The notes under the pieces were generated by a model. The model was not told where the DNA came from. It saw nothing but the letters and a program-made list of their open reading frames with translations, and ran no database searches. A program made the translations under genes and the position numbers. Of a stretch of 52,775 nucleotides of DNA, positions 38,067 to 46,408 are shown piece after piece (within the stretch, counting starts at the first letter, position 1; the number at the start of each line of letters is the position of its first letter). This DNA comes from a virus (lineage: Duplodnaviria; Caudoviricetes), in the IMG/VR virus record IMGVR_UViG_3300042569_001606, positions 1-52,775 of that record. The stretch is one strand, 5' to 3'.

Positions 38067-38579
38067 ATGACGACACCCATGCCTCCGCTCCGCCCCGGTG
38101 ACTTCTCCCGCTACTTCTCTCGCCACGAGGCCACACGCAGCAACAACGCTGACGAGGCAGGGCTGGCGAACGAACCCGGCCCCGCCGAGTGGGCCGCGCT
38201 GGAGAACCTGTTCCGCAACACGATGGACCCGATCCGCCACTTCCTTGGGCGCCCGATCCGTCCGTCGTCGGCGTACCGCTCCCCTGCGGTGAACAAGCTC
38301 GCTGGCGGTGCGCGCAACTCGCAGCACCTGCGCGGTGAGGCCTGCGACTTCGAGGTGCCTGGCCTCGACAACCTTGAGCTGGCCCACCTGATCGTCGGCA
38401 ACCCCGCGATCGTCTTCGACCAGCTGATCCTTGAGTTCTACCGCCCCGGCATCCCGACCTCGGGGTGGGTCCACGTAAGCCGCACACGCGCCGAGAAGCA
38501 GCGCCGCGAAGTGCTCACGGCCAAGGTTGGTGGCGGCTTCGCTGTCGGCCTGCCGCCGTTGCCCGCCCGGACCGGCTGA
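38067..38579 (+). CDS. Peptidase M15 family endolysin
   Basis: SAYRSPAVN..GG..NSQHLRGEACD..DQLILE..WVHVS. Confidence 0.9.
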   Translation: MTTPMPPLRPGDFSRYFSRHEATRSNNADEAGLANEPGPAEWAALENLFRNTMDPIRHFLGRPIRPSSAYRSPAVNKLAGGARNSQHLRGEACDFEVPGLDNLELAHLIVGNPAIVFDQLILEFYRPGIPTSGWVHVSRTRAEKQRREVLTAKVGGGFAVGLPPLPARTG

Positions 38580-38593
38580 GGCACGATCGCAGG

Positions 38594-38899
38594 ATGACCA
38601 CCCCTCACATCCTCCTGCGCTTCGTCACCAATCACACGGCAATCACCACGAGCGGCGTTGAACGGCGCTACTCGGCGGGTGAGCGCTATTCGGTCCCCGA
38701 GCCCCAGGCCCGCGACGCCTGCGCCGCTGGTGCTGCCCACCCCGAAGGTTCGCCCTCGGAGCAGGACGCGGCGATGGGCGAGGCGTTCGCCGCCAACGAC
38801 ATCGTCATCCACGAGCTGTACGCGCTGTATTCGGCTGCCGTCGCTGCAAAAGCCAAAGCCGAAGCCGAAGCCCGTGCTGCCGCTGAATCGGCCTCCTGA
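38594..38899 (+). CDS. Hypothetical protein
   Basis: Typical codon usage; fills the gap. Confidence 0.6.
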   Translation: MTTPHILLRFVTNHTAITTSGVERRYSAGERYSVPEPQARDACAAGAAHPEGSPSEQDAAMGEAFAANDIVIHELYALYSAAVAAKAKAEAEARAAAESAS

Positions 38900-38946
38900 G
38901 CCGCCACGCTTCGCCACATCACGCAACCTGAACACGGAGCCCGCTC

Positions 38947-39339
38947 ATGCCCGCATCCACAGTTTCTCTCGTCGTTGTTGGTCCGGGCGGCACGCCTGCC
39001 GGGGCTGCGCACGACGAACAGCAAAGCACTGCCCTCGGCAACTCCTTCGACAATGCGGAGCCCACGATCCTCGTCGTGCGCAACACGAACGTTGCCGCTC
39101 GTGTGATCACGTTCCTCGCTGACCGTTACGGCGGTGAGCGCACCGTGATGACCGCGACGATCCCCGGCTCCGCCACCGAGAACGGCACCGCTGTCCTTGG
39201 CCCGTTTCCACCGGACCAGTTCAACGATCACTCGACGACGGACGCCACGAAGATGGGCACCGTCCAGTTCACCCACAACGGCGCCAACGCTGACCTCCAG
39301 CTTTGCCCGACGCGGCTGAACCGTTCCTTCATCCGCTGA
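38947..39339 (+). CDS. Putative small virion structural protein
   Basis: Beta-rich, LVVRN..GPFPPDQFN; GGAG RBS. Confidence 0.55.
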   Translation: MPASTVSLVVVGPGGTPAGAAHDEQQSTALGNSFDNAEPTILVVRNTNVAARVITFLADRYGGERTVMTATIPGSATENGTAVLGPFPPDQFNDHSTTDATKMGTVQFTHNGANADLQLCPTRLNRSFIR

Positions 39340-39363
39340 ACTCCCACCCCGTCGAGGTGAATC

Positions 39364-41460
39364 GTGCCCAACCCGAAGCTGTTTCGTGAGCCCTTTGAAA
39401 CCTACAACCCGTCGTCGCCTGATTCGCCATGGCAAGAGAGGGTCGGCGACGGCGATCTGACCTACGTCGACGGCAATGCGTCTGGCACCAGCTACTTGGT
39501 GATCAGCAAGAGCCCCCTTCTTGCCGGCACCCAGACCGACGTCGAGACGAAGCAGGCATACGACCTGCCGCTTGACGTCAACTTTGGCCTTTCGATGTCC
39601 CAGAACACGTTGGGGCAAGAGCTGAGCGTCGAGGTCGTTGACCCCAACAAACTGCCCGACATCGAAGACCTTGAGATCGCCAGCATCACGCAGACGACGA
39701 CGGTGCTGACCGTCGACACCGTCAAACCCCATGGTCTTGTTCCTGGCAAAGCCATCGGGATTGCAGGGTGCTCGAACCCTGTCGCCAACTATCCCGCCCT
39801 TGTCGTCGCCAGCATCCCGTCTCCGACGCAGCTCACGGCTACAGCTGGTCCTGGCGGCACGATTCCGTCGCAGACGATCACAAACCCGGCAGGAGCCAAA
39901 GGTTCGGTGTTCTTCCGTGAGCGCTTCGGGCGAAGCAAAAACGGCATCGCTCAAATCTTTGAAAATGCGAGCGCCACGCAGGCGTCGCTGTATGTGCGCA
40001 GCGAGGCTGGCGACGGTTTCCCCTCAGGTACCATTGCTGGGCAGCACGTCGTCACAGTGGGTTCCCGTGCGCCGGTTCAGCTGGTCAACAGCAAGGACAC
40101 GTTCGCATTTGGGCCCACGACTGAGTACCGGATGCTGGCGCAAGGGGAGCGCTCGCAGTGGTCAGACTCTCCCGTCGACAGCGTCGCTCAGGCGACGAAC
40201 CGGCTGGTGCGCTCACAGATCACCCCATCAGGGAAAGCCTGCTACCGCCTCCGCTTCCGAGCCAACAACAGCAAGAGCCTTACCGTTCCGGTGGCCCAGA
40301 TCGTCAGCGTGACGAAGACAGGCACGACGACAGCCACCGTGGTTTGCGATCGCGCTCACGGCCTCGCCCTCGGCGACCCCATCGCAGCCTACGGTGCCCG
40401 CGACCAGACGAACTTCGCCAACTTGACGGCGGCAACGGCGGTTGCCTCCATCGTCGACGCCAACACGTTTACCGTCGTGTGGGGTGCTGCCGTTACGGCG
40501 ACCACCTTTGGCGGCTACGTCTCGAAGGTGATGGGCGGCAACCTCCCGTCAGCACTCGGTGCGAACGTCATCGCGGCGCAAACCGCAGTGCTCGTGACCC
40601 GCGTCGACGGCACTCGCGAGCTGACCTTGACGGGCAACACCAACTGGGGCGGCCTGTCGATCGGCGACATGGTCGAGCTGGTCGGTGTTCGTAACGCTGT
40701 CGACGGCGCCACCCTGGGTATCGACGGTGCATGGAAGGTCGCCAACGTCGCCACGACAACGCTGGTGCTCGTGCTGCCCTACGCCGGTCAGCGTGAGGTC
40801 ATCCCTGACTTTGTCGTCGTCAACTGTGGCGGTGGCGTCATCAAGCGGACCGACACCCGCGTCAGCTTCGTGCGCCTGATCGCTCACGATTCGCAGTGGA
40901 TCGTGGGCACGCCTCGCCCATCGAGCGACATCGCTGCGGCTGCTCCCGTGGCCGTGCAGAACACCGTGGCGACGACGCTGTCGTCAACAGCGGTGGCTGG
41001 CACCGTCGCCGCAGACGCTGCCGTCGGTAACCCCGTTGGTACGGGTGGCCGCGCCGCCAACGCCAACCCAACGGCGGTGTCGGCTGCTGGCGACTTGGTC
41101 AACGACCTCTCGACGATGCTAGGCGCCAAGGTCGTCAAGCCCTACGCCATTCCCGAGGCTGAGTGGGCCACCACGCTGGCCCTGACGGCGATCACCGATG
41201 TCGCAATCCAAGCCGCCGCCCCTACGGGCATCAAGCGGCACCTGACGTGGTTGGATTTGCACAACTCTGGCGCCTCCGCCGTTGATGTGCTCATTCGCGA
41301 CGGAACGACGACGCGGCTGCAAATCACCGTGGCCGCTGGCCAGTCGAAGGTTCTTCAGCTTCCGACGGGCATCACGACGACGGCGGCAACTGCTCTCAAC
41401 GTCCAGCTGAGCGCAGCTGGAACGGTGAGGCTCAACGCGGGCGGATACACCGCCCCGTAA
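39364..41460 (+). CDS. Large Thr/Ala-rich beta protein, putative fibre or appendage
   Basis: Three HGL..GD-type modules (KPHGLVPGK, RAHGLALGD, WGGLSIGD). Confidence 0.6.
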   Translation: MPNPKLFREPFETYNPSSPDSPWQERVGDGDLTYVDGNASGTSYLVISKSPLLAGTQTDVETKQAYDLPLDVNFGLSMSQNTLGQELSVEVVDPNKLPDIEDLEIASITQTTTVLTVDTVKPHGLVPGKAIGIAGCSNPVANYPALVVASIPSPTQLTATAGPGGTIPSQTITNPAGAKGSVFFRERFGRSKNGIAQIFENASATQASLYVRSEAGDGFPSGTIAGQHVVTVGSRAPVQLVNSKDTFAFGPTTEYRMLAQGERSQWSDSPVDSVAQATNRLVRSQITPSGKACYRLRFRANNSKSLTVPVAQIVSVTKTGTTTATVVCDRAHGLALGDPIAAYGARDQTNFANLTAATAVASIVDANTFTVVWGAAVTATTFGGYVSKVMGGNLPSALGANVIAAQTAVLVTRVDGTRELTLTGNTNWGGLSIGDMVELVGVRNAVDGATLGIDGAWKVANVATTTLVLVLPYAGQREVIPDFVVVNCGGGVIKRTDTRVSFVRLIAHDSQWIVGTPRPSSDIAAAAPVAVQNTVATTLSSTAVAGTVAADAAVGNPVGTGGRAANANPTAVSAAGDLVNDLSTMLGAKVVKPYAIPEAEWATTLALTAITDVAIQAAAPTGIKRHLTWLDLHNSGASAVDVLIRDGTTTRLQITVAAGQSKVLQLPTGITTTAATALNVQLSAAGTVRLNAGGYTAP

Positions 41461-41475
41461 CACCAAGGAGAAGAC

Positions 41476-41655
41476 ATGGAACCGCTCACGTTCACCGTCA
41501 TCGAGATCACCGACTCCGAAGGCTTCAGCACGATTCGCGTGCAGCTCGGCAGCAGCTCCAACGACGTCTCCTGTGGCGACGCCTTCAACATCGTGGTCAT
41601 CCCGGCCATCGCATTGCTCAACGCCGTCAACAGCCCGCTGGTTCTCTCGGTCTGA
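41476..41655 (+). CDS. Small hypothetical protein (59 aa, not in the ORF track)
   Basis: AAGGAG RBS, ATG 41476, TGA 41653-41655. Confidence 0.6.
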   Translation: MEPLTFTVIEITDSEGFSTIRVQLGSSSNDVSCGDAFNIVVIPAIALLNAVNSPLVLSV

Positions 41656-41670
41656 CCTGACCGACAGCTT

Positions 41671-41711
41671 CAAAGCCCCGCACGTCGATGGCGTGCGGGG
41701 CTTTGTCTTTT
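41671..41711 (+). terminator. Intrinsic terminator
   Basis: CAAAGCCCCGCAC/GTGCGGGGCTTTG plus TCTTTT. Confidence 0.75.
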
Positions 41712-41730
41712 CGTCGAGGTACAAGAGGGC

Positions 41731-42315
41731 ATGATCCTCAACGACTCGCAGATCGACCACCTCGCCAAGCACAGCGGAATGATCACGCCGTACACGCCGG
41801 AGCAGGTCCGCCGCGTCGACGGGAAGGCCGCGATCTCCTTCGGCCTGTCGTCGTTTGGGTACGACGTCACGCTGGGCAATAACGTCGACGTGTTCGTGCC
41901 CTTGGGCGACAAGCCGATCGACCCCAAGCGCTTCGATCGCAACCACCTCAAGCGGCTCGACGTCGAGAAGGCGCCGCACGGAAACGGCTACGTGGTCACC
42001 CTCCCGCCGCACAGCTACGCCCTCGGCCACACCGTCGAGCAGTTCGCCTTGCCCGACGACGTGCTGGTGGTCTGCCTCGGGAAAAGCACCTACGCCCGCA
42101 GCGGCATCATCGTGAACACGACGCCGGCAGAGCCTGGGTGGAAGGGCCAGTTGACCTTGGAGTTTGCGAACCCCACGCCGTCGCCCGTGTTCCTCTACGT
42201 GGGCGAGGGCGTGGCGCAGTTCCTGTTTCTTCGAGGGGAGCGGCCCGCGACAACGTATGCGGACCGCTCCGGGAAGTATCAGGATCAGATGGGCGTCACC
42301 CCGGCGAAGGTGTGA
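41731..42315 (+). CDS. dcd: dCTP deaminase
   Basis: ISFGLSSFGYDV, GKSTYARSGI, EPGWKGQLTLEF, YADRSGKYQDQ. Confidence 0.93.
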   Translation: MILNDSQIDHLAKHSGMITPYTPEQVRRVDGKAAISFGLSSFGYDVTLGNNVDVFVPLGDKPIDPKRFDRNHLKRLDVEKAPHGNGYVVTLPPHSYALGHTVEQFALPDDVLVVCLGKSTYARSGIIVNTTPAEPGWKGQLTLEFANPTPSPVFLYVGEGVAQFLFLRGERPATTYADRSGKYQDQMGVTPAKV

Positions 42316-42735
42316 TCAGACCTTCATCACGAAGTCGCGGCGGCACACGTGCTCCGCCTCGGTTCCGTCCTTCTCCATGCGCTTTGCGTCGGCGGCTTCG
42401 CAGTCGACGTGAAGATCGCAGTGAGTCCCGGTGACGACGTATTCGCGGACCTCGGTTGGCTCCGCCTGCACCATCGTTTCGGTCTTGCCGCCGCTGTCGT
42501 TGGTCGAGACGTCGATGCCCTGAGCGGCGGCGGTGGTCGCGATCTCGATGGCAAGAAGCTGGTTGGCCAGCTCGCTCCGCAGGTGCGCCAACTCGGCGGC
42601 AAGCTGGCGCTCCATCACGCGGGAATGCGCCAGATCCCGCTCAAGGTCTGCGATCCGCTTCCGGCTTTGCTCGTCACGTTCGTTCAACAGCTTGCGGAGG
42701 TGGGCAACAATCTGGTCTTCAGTCGTGTTCGACAT
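42316..42735 (-). CDS. Coiled-coil hypothetical protein
   Basis: AAGGAG RBS; stop abuts the dcd stop. Confidence 0.65.
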   Translation of the reverse strand: MSNTTEDQIVAHLRKLLNERDEQSRKRIADLERDLAHSRVMERQLAAELAHLRSELANQLLAIEIATTAAAQGIDVSTNDSGGKTETMVQAEPTEVREYVVTGTHCDLHVDCEAADAKRMEKDGTEAEHVCRRDFVMKV

Positions 42736-43072
42736 GCTTCTGCTCCTTGTGTGCTCTCGACGTGCGCAAGAGCCGCACGCCTTTGGGTGTGATCGCGCAG
42801 AGGTTCACCCGGCGATCGTGTTTGTCTCGACGGCGTTCGATCAGGCCGTGCTTCTCCAGGACCAACAGGTGGTCCGCGATCGTGGCTTGGGGGACTTCGA
42901 GGGTCAGCACGAGCCCCACCACCGGCTGGGGTCCATCCGACAGGACCAGCAGGATCGCGAACTCCATCACGCCGCTCTGGATCGTCGAGTGTCCCGCGCA
43001 GCGTTGTGCGGGACACATCCGGGCAATCATCTGCCCGACCTCGGTGTTGGACATCGCCAGCTCAACGGTCAT
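42719..43072 (-). CDS. MarR-family winged-helix regulator
   Basis: LEKHGLIERRRDKHDRRVNLCAITPKG. Confidence 0.75.
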   Translation of the reverse strand: MTVELAMSNTEVGQMIARMCPAQRCAGHSTIQSGVMEFAILLVLSDGPQPVVGLVLTLEVPQATIADHLLVLEKHGLIERRRDKHDRRVNLCAITPKGVRLLRTSRAHKEQKHVEHD

Positions 43073-43304
43073 GGGGTGGCCTCACGACGATCGCGGTTTC
43101 TCGGTCGCGGTCGCCCGGATCGATGGCCGCACCGAAGCGTTCAAGGGCGTCTGCGATCCGCTCCAGCGCCGTCGCGATCCGCTCAATGGGCTCGATGACC
43201 TCGGGCTGGCCCGCCGCAGCCTTGGCGGCGATGCACCGGGGCCACTGCTCGCACCCGTTTTCGTTGGTGGGAAGGCTCCCGCATCCGCAAACCCAAACCG
43301 GCAT
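43062..43304 (-). CDS. Hypothetical protein
   Basis: AAGGAGG RBS; ERIATALERIADALER repeat. Confidence 0.6.
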   Translation of the reverse strand: MPVWVCGCGSLPTNENGCEQWPRCIAAKAAAGQPEVIEPIERIATALERIADALERFGAAIDPGDRDRETAIVVRPPHDR

Positions 43305-44263
43305 CAGCGCCTCCTTTGCGGGAACTGTTGAAGCCCCGCGAAGCTGAACGGGAACTCGCTGGGATCGGCACCCTTGCTGTGCGCGGTTCGCACGCGGTTG
43401 CCGTCGACGACGTAGTTGGAGCCCAGCTGCTTAGCGAACACCGGTGTGCCCGAGGCCAAGCACTGGTTCACGGTGTGAACGATCCAGCGCTCATCGCAGG
43501 GCCGTGCATCGGGGCCGCTCTCGCCGCCGACGATCACCCAATCGATCAGGCTGTCCGCCAACTCGGAGCTGATCAGCGCCTGGCGGCTTTGCTTGATCAG
43601 CTTGGCCTCGTCGGCTTGCTCATACGAAAGGTCAGCGGGCCACGATTCGCACACCGGCCAGAGGTGCGGCGCCAGATCCAGAGCACCCAGCAGCGGCTCA
43701 CACGAAAGGAAACGCACCGCCGCTGGGATTGAGCGCAGCACGTCGATCCGAGAGGCCACCGCCATGCTCTCGACCGTCGTGCCGAGCCACACGTTGTCTG
43801 GCGGCACACCGTCCAGCCAGCGCTCGACCATCGGGCGACCGGAGAGGCCAGAGGTGTAGGGCAGGCTGCGGTGAAGCAACGTAAGCACGCGCTCCGGTCG
43901 CTTCGTGAGGATCTGCCAGTCAAGCCACGGCGTCACCGCGACGATGTCGAACAGGTCGCCGCGCAGCTTGTCGAGGTCTTCGCGATCCTCGAATACGTCG
44001 GCCAAGCTGGCGCAGAACACCTTGCGGCGAACACGGGCAACCATCGCCTCGTGGTTCCACCGCAGCGGCCTCCGCCAGTTCGTCACCGAGGTCCGCTGGC
44101 GGTGTGCGGTAGGGCCCCAGAGCGGCAGGCCCCTCGCCTTCGACACCCGCGCCGGGGTCGATTCCTCGGCGTAGCAGTTGCGGCAGCCCTCGCTGACCTT
44201 GGTGCACCCGATCCACGGGTTCATCGTCGAGTCTGTCCATGCGATCCCTGTCTCATCGGCCAC
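43304..44263 (-). CDS. DUF5131 (phage Gp37/Gp68) radical-SAM-like protein
   Basis: NPWIGCTKVSEGCRNCYA, LTKRPER, FLSCEPLLG, WVIVGGESG, KQLG. Confidence 0.9.
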   Translation of the reverse strand: MADETGIAWTDSTMNPWIGCTKVSEGCRNCYAEESTPARVSKARGLPLWGPTAHRQRTSVTNWRRPLRWNHEAMVARVRRKVFCASLADVFEDREDLDKLRGDLFDIVAVTPWLDWQILTKRPERVLTLLHRSLPYTSGLSGRPMVERWLDGVPPDNVWLGTTVESMAVASRIDVLRSIPAAVRFLSCEPLLGALDLAPHLWPVCESWPADLSYEQADEAKLIKQSRQALISSELADSLIDWVIVGGESGPDARPCDERWIVHTVNQCLASGTPVFAKQLGSNYVVDGNRVRTAHSKGADPSEFPFSFAGLQQFPQRRR

Positions 44264-44555
44264 GAGCCACCGCCTTTCGTGCTGCGCGTCGGAGCTTGCG
44301 CCCTCGGCCACCCAGCGGGTTTTTGATCAGTCGCCGCTCGAACCTCCCGAAGCAGCTTCGGAGGGCGTCGACGACGTTGTTGATGAAGTGCCAGAGCGGA
44401 TCGAAGAACGACTGCCGCAGCACCTCGACCACCGCGTCCACGAACGCCCGGATCTTGCCCAGCACGTCGGAGGGCATCGGCGCCAGGAACAGCAGCGCCC
44501 GGTTCCCGTTGTCGAGGCGTCGCCACGTCTCGGCGTGCACGAGTGCCGCCGTCAA
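44253..44555 (-). CDS. Hypothetical protein
   Basis: Overlaps both neighbours in the operon. Confidence 0.45.
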   Translation of the reverse strand: MTAALVHAETWRRLDNGNRALLFLAPMPSDVLGKIRAFVDAVVEVLRQSFFDPLWHFINNVVDALRSCFGRFERRLIKNPLGGRGRKLRRAARKAVARGR

Positions 44556-45463
44556 GCGGCACCGCCTTTCTTGGGGCTCAGGTCGCGCACGAGGCCAACG
44601 AGCCCCTTCACGGTGTTGGGCTTCCGGTCACCGAGGCACAGCGCGATGATCTGGCTGGGTGTGAGCTCTGCCAGCACCTCGTCGGTTTTCTCGCTGGCCA
44701 CCAGCAGCTTGAGCTGGGCCCGCGACAACCCCGGCACCTTGCTGTCGTCGTCGCCTGCCTTGCTTTGGCGGACGTGGTCACGAGCGCGCTCAATCGTTGG
44801 CCTTGCCCCGTCAGCGGAGAGGGCAGCGAGAGCCCCGGCCTGCTCCGGCTTGGGCAGCTCAGCCAGCCTGAGCGCGGCAGAGGGGGCCAGCGTTCCGGCT
44901 TCGATCGCGGCGTGGATCGCAGGGTCCGCCGACCGCAGGCGCAACAGCGCGTCGACCTCGGCGGGCTTCACACCCATCGCCCGTGCGGCCTGCTTCACGC
45001 CTGCGGGGCCTGCGCCCCAGAGCCGCACGAGGTGGCCAGCCTTCTCCGCCCGGACCAGCACCGTGTCGCCCTGGCGGATCTCGTTCTCCGCCACCGAGGC
45101 AGACACCAGCTCGGCATCGGTCCAGCCCTTCACCGGGCTGAGGCAGGGCACGGTCACCGCCTCAGCCTCTGCGGTCTTGCCGGCTTCCCGCATACGGGTG
45201 GCGAGGGCTCGTGCAGCACGCACGCGCTGGCGACCCCACAGCACGATGACCCGGCCATCGTCTTCCTTCGTGACGCCGATCGTCTCCAGGACACCGAGCT
45301 GGGCGATCGACTCCACCAGCGACTCCGACACCGGCAGCTTGACGCGGGCGTCGTAGTGGACGTGCTCGGGGCCGTCGTCGGTGTCGAGCCCGATGATCAC
45401 GACATCGAAGGGGGAGAGGCGAAAGGCGGGGGTGCGGCTGCCGTCGAGGGCTTGTTTGGACAC
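44552..45463 (-). CDS. ParB/RepB/Spo0J-like protein
   Basis: LVESIAQLGVLETI..WGRQRVRAA..AENEIR, HTH-like segment; AGGAG RBS before GTG. Confidence 0.75.
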   Translation of the reverse strand: MSKQALDGSRTPAFRLSPFDVVIIGLDTDDGPEHVHYDARVKLPVSESLVESIAQLGVLETIGVTKEDDGRVIVLWGRQRVRAARALATRMREAGKTAEAEAVTVPCLSPVKGWTDAELVSASVAENEIRQGDTVLVRAEKAGHLVRLWGAGPAGVKQAARAMGVKPAEVDALLRLRSADPAIHAAIEAGTLAPSAALRLAELPKPEQAGALAALSADGARPTIERARDHVRQSKAGDDDSKVPGLSRAQLKLLVASEKTDEVLAELTPSQIIALCLGDRKPNTVKGLVGLVRDLSPKKGGAA

Positions 45464-45522
45464 TGGGATCTCCTGTGCGTGGAAGGGAAAGCGGAGCCCA
45501 CCCGCGTTGGGGCTCCGGGGGA

Positions 45523-45729
45523 TCAGTGGGTGGCCGTGCGGTGACGTGGCCACCCTTTAGACAAGGCCAGACGCGGCACTTGCATGCTCACGGTTTCGCC
45601 TGACAAAAAGTAGACACGCATTGTTTCGTCTGTGTCTGGACAAGCCAGCACACGGATACCGTGCAGCGTGTGCATTGACTGTATGCTTGACGGCTGATTG
45701 ATCCACATGCGTTGAATGGTCTTGCTCAT
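45523..45729 (-). CDS. Small lower-GC hypothetical protein
   Basis: MWINQPSS..VYFLSG; visibly more AT-rich than its flanks. Confidence 0.65.
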   Translation of the reverse strand: MSKTIQRMWINQPSSIQSMHTLHGIRVLACPDTDETMRVYFLSGETVSMQVPRLALSKGWPRHRTATH

Positions 45730-45738
45730 TTGAGTCTC
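45718..45738. repeat. 21-bp direct repeat, copy 1 (RBS region plus first codons)
   Basis: GGTCTTGCTCATTTGAGTCTC, identical at 45975-45995. Confidence 0.9.
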
Positions 45739-45743
45739 CGAGG

Positions 45744-45986
45744 TCAGCGGGTGGCGTCGGCGAAGTCGAGGGCGGCAGCTTCGATGCAGTCGATCTTGAC
45801 CGCCCGCTGCTCGATGGTCGCCGCCATCTGCGTGAGGTTGATCTGGGCGCTCAGGCCACGGCGGTTCTGCTTCACGTCGGCTTTGAGCAGGGCCAGCTTT
45901 GCGATCAGGCCGTCGATGTCGTCGGTCAGGGTGCTGCGGAGGGCGGTGGTCGTGCGGGCCATGTCGGCGATCAGGGTCTTGCTCAT
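45744..45986 (-). CDS. Hypothetical protein
   Basis: Starts MSKT, like the downstream gene. Confidence 0.65.
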   Translation of the reverse strand: MSKTLIADMARTTTALRSTLTDDIDGLIAKLALLKADVKQNRRGLSAQINLTQMAATIEQRAVKIDCIEAAALDFADATR

Positions 45987-45995
45987 TTGAGTCTC
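45975..45995. repeat. 21-bp direct repeat, copy 2
   Basis: Identical to 45718-45738. Confidence 0.9.
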
Positions 45996-46047
45996 GTTTC
46001 GTGGAAGAGGGGAGCGGGCGGCACCACCGCCGCCCGCTGGGGGTCGC

Positions 46048-46269
46048 TCAGAGCGGCTTGGCTGCGCGGTAGCAGGATGCGCCCATCGGGAAGCAGCCTT
46101 GGCTGACCTCGCCCTCCGGCATCGTCGAGGTGGTCTTGTAGTAGTTGCCGCTCTCGCTCATCTCGACCCACTGGATGGTGGCGTGGTTCTTCAGAGCCTT
46201 GCCGCAGCACTGGCACTCGAAGCGGGTGGCGGCGTTTTCGGCGAGAGCTGCGGTGGTGAGTTCGTGCAT
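46048..46269 (-). CDS. Small Cys-containing hypothetical protein
   Basis: CQCCGK..SQGCFPMGASC; GAGGA RBS. Confidence 0.7.
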   Translation of the reverse strand: MHELTTAALAENAATRFECQCCGKALKNHATIQWVEMSESGNYYKTTSTMPEGEVSQGCFPMGASCYRAAKPL

Positions 46270-46285
46270 TTGGTCTTCCTCGTGT

Positions 46286-46340
46286 GGCGCGTCCCGCGCC
46301 GATGAGTTGACCCTACGCCGATTCTCAAAAAAAGGAAAAG
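46286..46340 (-). promoter_or_regulatory. Promoter-hairpin cassette C
   Basis: Minus strand TTTCCTTTTTTTGAGAATCGGCGTAGGGT then GGCGC GGGAC GCGCC. Confidence 0.75.
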
Positions 46341-46375
46341 AGAAAACGGCGCAGATCGCTCCGCGCCGTTTTCTC
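46340..46375 (-). terminator. Terminator whose T-tract runs into cassette C
   Basis: 13-bp inverted repeat GAGAAAACGGCGC/GCGCCGTTTTCTC. Confidence 0.7.
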
Positions 46376-46408
46376 GTCTTTGGGAAGCCCTGATCTCTGT
46401 CTCAGATC

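Noticed and set aside
33639-41460. Diversity-generating retroelement or invertible tail-fibre cassette
   Set aside because: I saw no reverse transcriptase, invertase or template/variable repeat pair
43135-43190. Short repeat GCGATCCGCTC
   Set aside because: Explained by the ERIA protein repeat
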